From assembly GCA_964016885.1 (NCBI GenBank), contig OZ024758.1, positions 26,288,001-26,352,000 on the forward strand: 64,000 nucleotides of DNA, in the 5' to 3' direction. Shown here one piece after another: positions 63,693 through 64,000 of the stretch (positions are counted from its first letter, which is position 1; every line of letters starts with the position of its first letter). Below the pieces are notes generated by a model. The model saw only the letters and a program-made list of their open reading frames with translations, did not search any database and was not told where the DNA came from. Origin of the DNA: Eledone cirrhosa. Taxonomy: Eukaryota. Both the position numbers and the translations under genes were made by a program.

Positions 63693-64000
63693 GAATATAT
63701 ATATATATATAATATGAATATATATATATATATATATATATAATATGAATATATATATATATATAATATGAATATATATATATATATATAATATGAATAT
63801 ATATATATATATATAATATGAATATATATATATATATATATAATATGAATATATATATATATATATAATATGAATATATATATATTTATTTATATATATA
63901 TATATATATAATATGAATATATATATATTTATTTATATATATATATATATATAATATGAATATATATATATTTATTTATATATATATATATATATAATAT
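63020..64000. repeat. (TA)n array with periodic AATATGAA interruptions (also 62640-62783)
   Basis: Read directly; runs off the window end. Confidence 0.97.

Overview
AT-rich, repeat-dense animal genomic DNA. The SINE, MITE and microsatellite repertoire points to an octopod cephalopod (inference). One protein-coding gene is on the minus strand: a PA-TM-RING-H2 E3 ligase of the ZNRF3/RNF43 family (Frizzled/Wnt-receptor turnover). Nine coding exons (24230 down to 2999) splice in frame through GT-AG introns into 985 aa plus stop. The signal-peptide exon was not found and probably lies beyond position 64000, so 24231-64000 is likely a single large intron. Introns are filled with two tRNA-headed SINE families, TTAA piggyBac-type MITEs, hAT, Tc1/mariner and pogo MITEs, RTE fragments, a young 5'-truncated R4/Dong LINE in a (TAA)n tract, a Hero-like fossil and many TE-derived tandem arrays. 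The most unusual signal is a set of small non-coding elements in (TA)n tracts, mostly palindromic, carrying whole or half hammerhead-ribozyme cores (37.7, 38.0, 39.4, 47.6, 62.8 kb); they look like Penelope/retrozyme-type mini-elements. Also notable are a 24-nt juxtamembrane microexon and a candidate alternative terminal exon that would give a secreted ectodomain-only isoform. All calls were made by eye and no searches were run.
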